From NCBI GenBank assembly GCA_965645245.1, contig OZ287073.1, forward strand, positions 868,001-932,000: a stretch of DNA of 64,000 bases, read 5' to 3'. Below, piece by piece: positions 61,870 through 64,000 of the stretch. The notes below the pieces were generated by a model that worked only from the letters and a program-made list of their open reading frames with translations, made no database searches and was not told the origin of the DNA. The translations under genes were made by a program, and so were the position numbers. The DNA is from Massalongia carnosa (taxonomy: Eukaryota). Position 1 is the stretch's first letter. Each line of letters opens with the position of its first letter.

Positions 61870-63665
61870 ACATCTCGAACGGTGATGACCCCACCTGACT
61901 GAGCAACAGTTCCAGCAAGCTTTTTACGCGCTGCCTTAGCAACTGAGGCTCTGGCTGAGGTCAATAAGTCTCTTTCAGCCAATTGCTGAGCATGAGCGCT
62001 AGCCATAGCACCTTTGAAAAAGCGATCGACACGCAACCTATAATTTCCGTCCATAGCATCATTTGTCTGTGTTGAATGGCGGTTGCGATTATGGTTATAA
62101 TGGCTTGGGCTCACTGCCTCATAACGTGGATAGCGGGTAGTCTAATCTTCTCTAGGAAGGTTTTAGGTTTAGCGTGCTTTGCCCTTTGGTGAAAAGTCTG
62201 CTCTTTTCCTTTTAGATAGCTTCATAGTCAATGCGATCACCTGCAACCAGAGTCTCCTTTTAACTGTCTGCATGCTTCTTTGAAGTTTAGTGCCAAAGAT
62301 GATGACCTCAGTGGAAGTGCGAGGTGTTCTGGCCAATAATGGGGCCGATGGTGGGGGTGGAGGGGGAGTCGGCCTTTGACGACTTTGCGCCTCGATTTTC
62401 GAGATGACCACATTCGGATTATAAGGCACTAGTCCTGTGTTTCTGAATGCAGCTAAAATCGTCGATTTGGTGAATGTTTTGAGGCGCATATCCTGAAAAA
62501 TCGACAAAAAGTCGATCTTGTTTAACTCCCCTCCTCCGGCACGAATAGCCTCATCAATGGCCTCAGCATGATAGTGTTTAAAAGGCTGAAACCATCCAAC
62601 GTCCAGTGGTTGGGTTAAATGAGTGGAATGAGCAGGTAATCTGAACAATTCGATATGCTTGCTCTGTGCATACTCGAAAAATTCATACGTCATATGAGAT
62701 CCATATCCGTCCAAAATCAACAACCTCCATGCACCAATTTGCCCTTTTGCACTATGTTTATCAAAAATTTTCAACCAATCAATAGCGAGATCATCATTCG
62801 AATAACCAGTTGAACTGACGGCGAAAAGAATGTCATCATCCAAATCATTTTCCAGGGCCCATTTCTCTTTGCTTTTACGCCAGGAAGTATGATCATGGGG
62901 GGAATATCCCTTCCTCCACCACTACTACTCTCCACCGAGGTAATGTAGTCTCTGTTGTCTGGATCCTTCATCAAAAGAGGCTTATGAGAATGAGTCGAAA
63001 TTACCCAATGAGCTTTTCCACAGCCAATTCGAAAGCCCGTTTCATCCATGTTCCAGGTGTCCTCGTCCACGATTCCCCTCAATTCTCGAAGGACCTTGTA
63101 CTGCTCAAAATGCTTTATCATACTCTCCGAATCGTGTGAATGTTTACGCTAAACAGCGAGGGGTTTCTGTTTACGTTTGAAGTACTCCGGATGACATTTT
63201 AAAAATCGTCTGGTCCACATGGCGCTTACGGTAGGAAGTGGAGTGTCGGTTTGATCACGATCAATTTGTCCAACTAATGCTCGACCGAGCAGGTAATTAG
63301 CAGCTCCACGAACCATCGAGAGCTTAGCTGATTGTTCCATATGATCCAATCGCTCAATATAAGCACAAATAGCTTTTTCTTGTGCATCTGTAAGTGCTTT
63401 GTTGCTTGGTGAACGAGTTGATTTCGAAGCCCCTCCATTGAGCCTTCGACGAAGTGTCCTCGAATCGACGTGAAATTTTCGAGCGACAGCGCTGGCACTA
63501 GAATAATCACCACTGTTATACGCGCTGATGGCCTCATCTAGACGATTTTCAGAGTCCCAGAACGAATCAGACATGGTGGTGTGGAGTAGGCACGCGTTTG
63601 GTGAAGGATGAAATAAATGGTTAATTTGGTCTTTGAACCGTTTTGGACTTTGAGCCGTTGGGCAC
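61870..63665 (-). mobile_element. Fot1/pogo transposon, frameshifted and 3'-truncated by the LTR
   Basis: HTH 63149-63574, WNMDETGFRIG, LILDGYGSH, QPLDVGWFQPFK. 5' TIR with two 17-bp internal repeats ending GGGCAC|TA at 63665. The C-terminal reading SGGVITVRDV runs straight into the LTR. Confidence 0.9.
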
Positions 63666-64000
63666 TAGTAAGCGAAAACGATTACTGGTGGTGTGGCACG
63701 ATTAGCCATTGTTGTCCGCAATTAGTAGCGAAGTGGTAGTCAGTAGGCTGAATGCGTCAGTAGGGGGCACTAGACCCTGACTCGGTGGGGGTTTAGTGTT
63801 TTGGGATCATTGCAGCTGCCCGATAATGCAGAGCGAAACTCATTGCTGCTCAAATTCCTGCCGCGAGCCGCAATGAATAACTCTTGTAGCGAAAATGCAG
63901 GGCGATAGGCTCACTCTTTTATCATTTACGAGTTCTCTTCTCATTTTCTTGGTTACGGATTATGATCTGTGTGATGTACAGAGCAACAAGACTCTGCCCG

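Overview
Filamentous ascomycete (Pezizomycotina) genomic DNA with GT-AG introns and CTAAC-type branch sites; a lichen-forming Lecanoromycete is possible but cannot be proven here. Conserved genes: complex I ESSS/NDUFB11 subunit, a Zn2Cys6 transcription factor, CK2 beta, Mediator MED19, a bHLH factor, a NmrA/CipA-like oxidoreductase, a conserved hypothetical protein and an atypical multi-exon Hsp70. Accessory material between them: an MpaB-like oxygenase pseudogene, two pairs of small unknown paralogs, a Tc1 (DD34E) remnant between direct-repeated hairpins, a 5'-truncated LINE with TSD, an intact SesA-NB-ARC-TPR NLR, a damaged RWD-like + PARP-type ADP-ribosyltransferase gene, a Fot1/pogo deletion derivative and a Mutator remnant. 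The last 14 kb is a transposon nest around an 11.3-kb Ty3/gypsy element. This element has its protease in the gag frame, a U-UUA-AAC -1 slippery site before pol, extra ORFs before gag and after pol, no TSD, and a different pogo element on each flank. It carries a Fot1-like insertion whose 185-bp TIRs appear to include a split perfect palindrome. All calls are by-eye reading plus the ORF track; no database searches were run.
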